Shown here piece after piece: positions 19,254 to 20,000 of a stretch of DNA of 20,000 bases. The notes under the pieces are model-generated. The model was not told the DNA's origin, searched no databases, and saw only the letters and a list, made by a program, of their open reading frames with translations. The position numbers and the translations under genes are program-made. Source of the DNA: Neophaeotheca triangularis (Eukaryota); NCBI GenBank assembly GCA_054600435.1, contig BAAIJX010000043.1, forward strand, positions 176,906 to 196,905. Direction: 5' to 3'. Position 1 is the first letter of the stretch, and each line of letters starts with the position of its first letter.

Positions 19254-19610
19254 AACAATAACAATAGCCTCTATTCCGTCGTAGTCCCTTTAGCGTACTA
19301 GTCTACCTTTTAATAAGGTAACCTTCTTTGTCGGTAAGTGAACTTTAGTTCTTTATATACGCGCTACCGTCGGTCCGTATACGGTTCCTATTGTTCTTCG
19401 ACAATAAAACTAACCTTACCTAGTTTCCTATTATTACCTGCTTCCGGTAACCTTTCGAAAACCTTACCTAGTGCGGTTTAACAAAAAGGCGCTCCTCGTA
19501 CCTCTAATACCTTCTTCCCTTCTTTATCGACTACTTTTTTCGCGATCTTCGCTATCGCCCTTTTTCGCTAACTCTATTCACTGCCTTTATTACTCCGCCG
19601 CCGTTCTATT

Positions 19611-20000
19611 ATGCCTCCGCGTATTAGTAAGCGTCCAAAGGCGCTAGTCGACTATAGCGTTAGCGCTATAGCTATTAATAGTAAGGGTGCCTTTACTATA
19701 GATAGGGCGATTGTCGCTAAGGGAGTCTTTATAACTAAGGGCTACTATCGGATCGCCGCTAGTAGCTTCACGGAGGAGGAGTTAAAGGATCTAGTTAATG
19801 AGTCGAAGTCTACTAAGAAGGGTTTAAAGTCGGAGGGTATTAGTACGAAGCGCGCTACGGCCGTTAAGGGTATAGGCTTGAAACGCAAGTATGCTAAGGG
19901 TAATAATAGTGAGGAGAGTAGGTCTAATAAGGGTACGCTAGCGTTCCGTTACTTCGCCGACATCGATAAGGGTAAGGAGCTTGCTCCTATCGATGTTAAT
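19611..20000 (+). pseudogene. Gene D: RIP-affected hypothetical gene, 5' 130 codons, running off the window
   Basis: ATG at 19611 after a CT-rich tract (19500-19610); MPPRISKRPKALVDYS...FTEEELKDLVNESK...LKRKYAKG...FRYFADIDKGKELAPIDVN with no stop to base 20000. Missed by the ORF track because it has no stop. Confidence 0.65.

Larger units (their letters stand above)
7588..20000. mobile_element. Large RIP-mutated, gene-rich repeated element (class undetermined), extending beyond the window
   Basis: Fairly abrupt switch near 7.6-7.8 kb to TpA-rich, CpA/TpG-poor sequence. Contains four decayed non-retroviral genes whose internal stops are mostly TAG/TAA, as expected from RIP. The left boundary is approximate (candidate TA|CACTCC at 7588). 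Confidence 0.65.

Overview
Fungal genomic DNA, probably a Pezizomycotina/Dothideomycete (inferred from intron signals, gene content and heavy RIP). Bases 1-~7.6 kb hold three ordinary minus-strand genes: a long hypothetical ORF that runs off the window, a Tfb6-like gene, and HRD3/SEL1L with a probable GC-AG intron. From ~7.6 kb to the end the DNA is strongly RIP-mutated (CpA/TpG depleted, TpA enriched). It looks like a large, gene-rich repeated element with at least four decayed genes (A-D) and no recognisable transposase in view; gene A de-RIPs to a Zn(II)2Cys6-like protein. Nested inside gene B is a full-length Ty3/Gypsy chromovirus (10422-17155) with 216-bp LTRs, an ACTAG target-site duplication, gag, -1-frame pol ending in a chromodomain, a Tf1-like self-priming PBS and a PPT. 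The most striking item is a third gene in this retrotransposon, between pol and the 3' LTR: antisense, with two spliceosomal introns and its own promoter, encoding a ~220-aa protein that de-RIPs to a Zn2Cys6-like cluster, a basic region and an acidic tail. All translations and de-RIP reconstructions were done by eye; no database searches were run.
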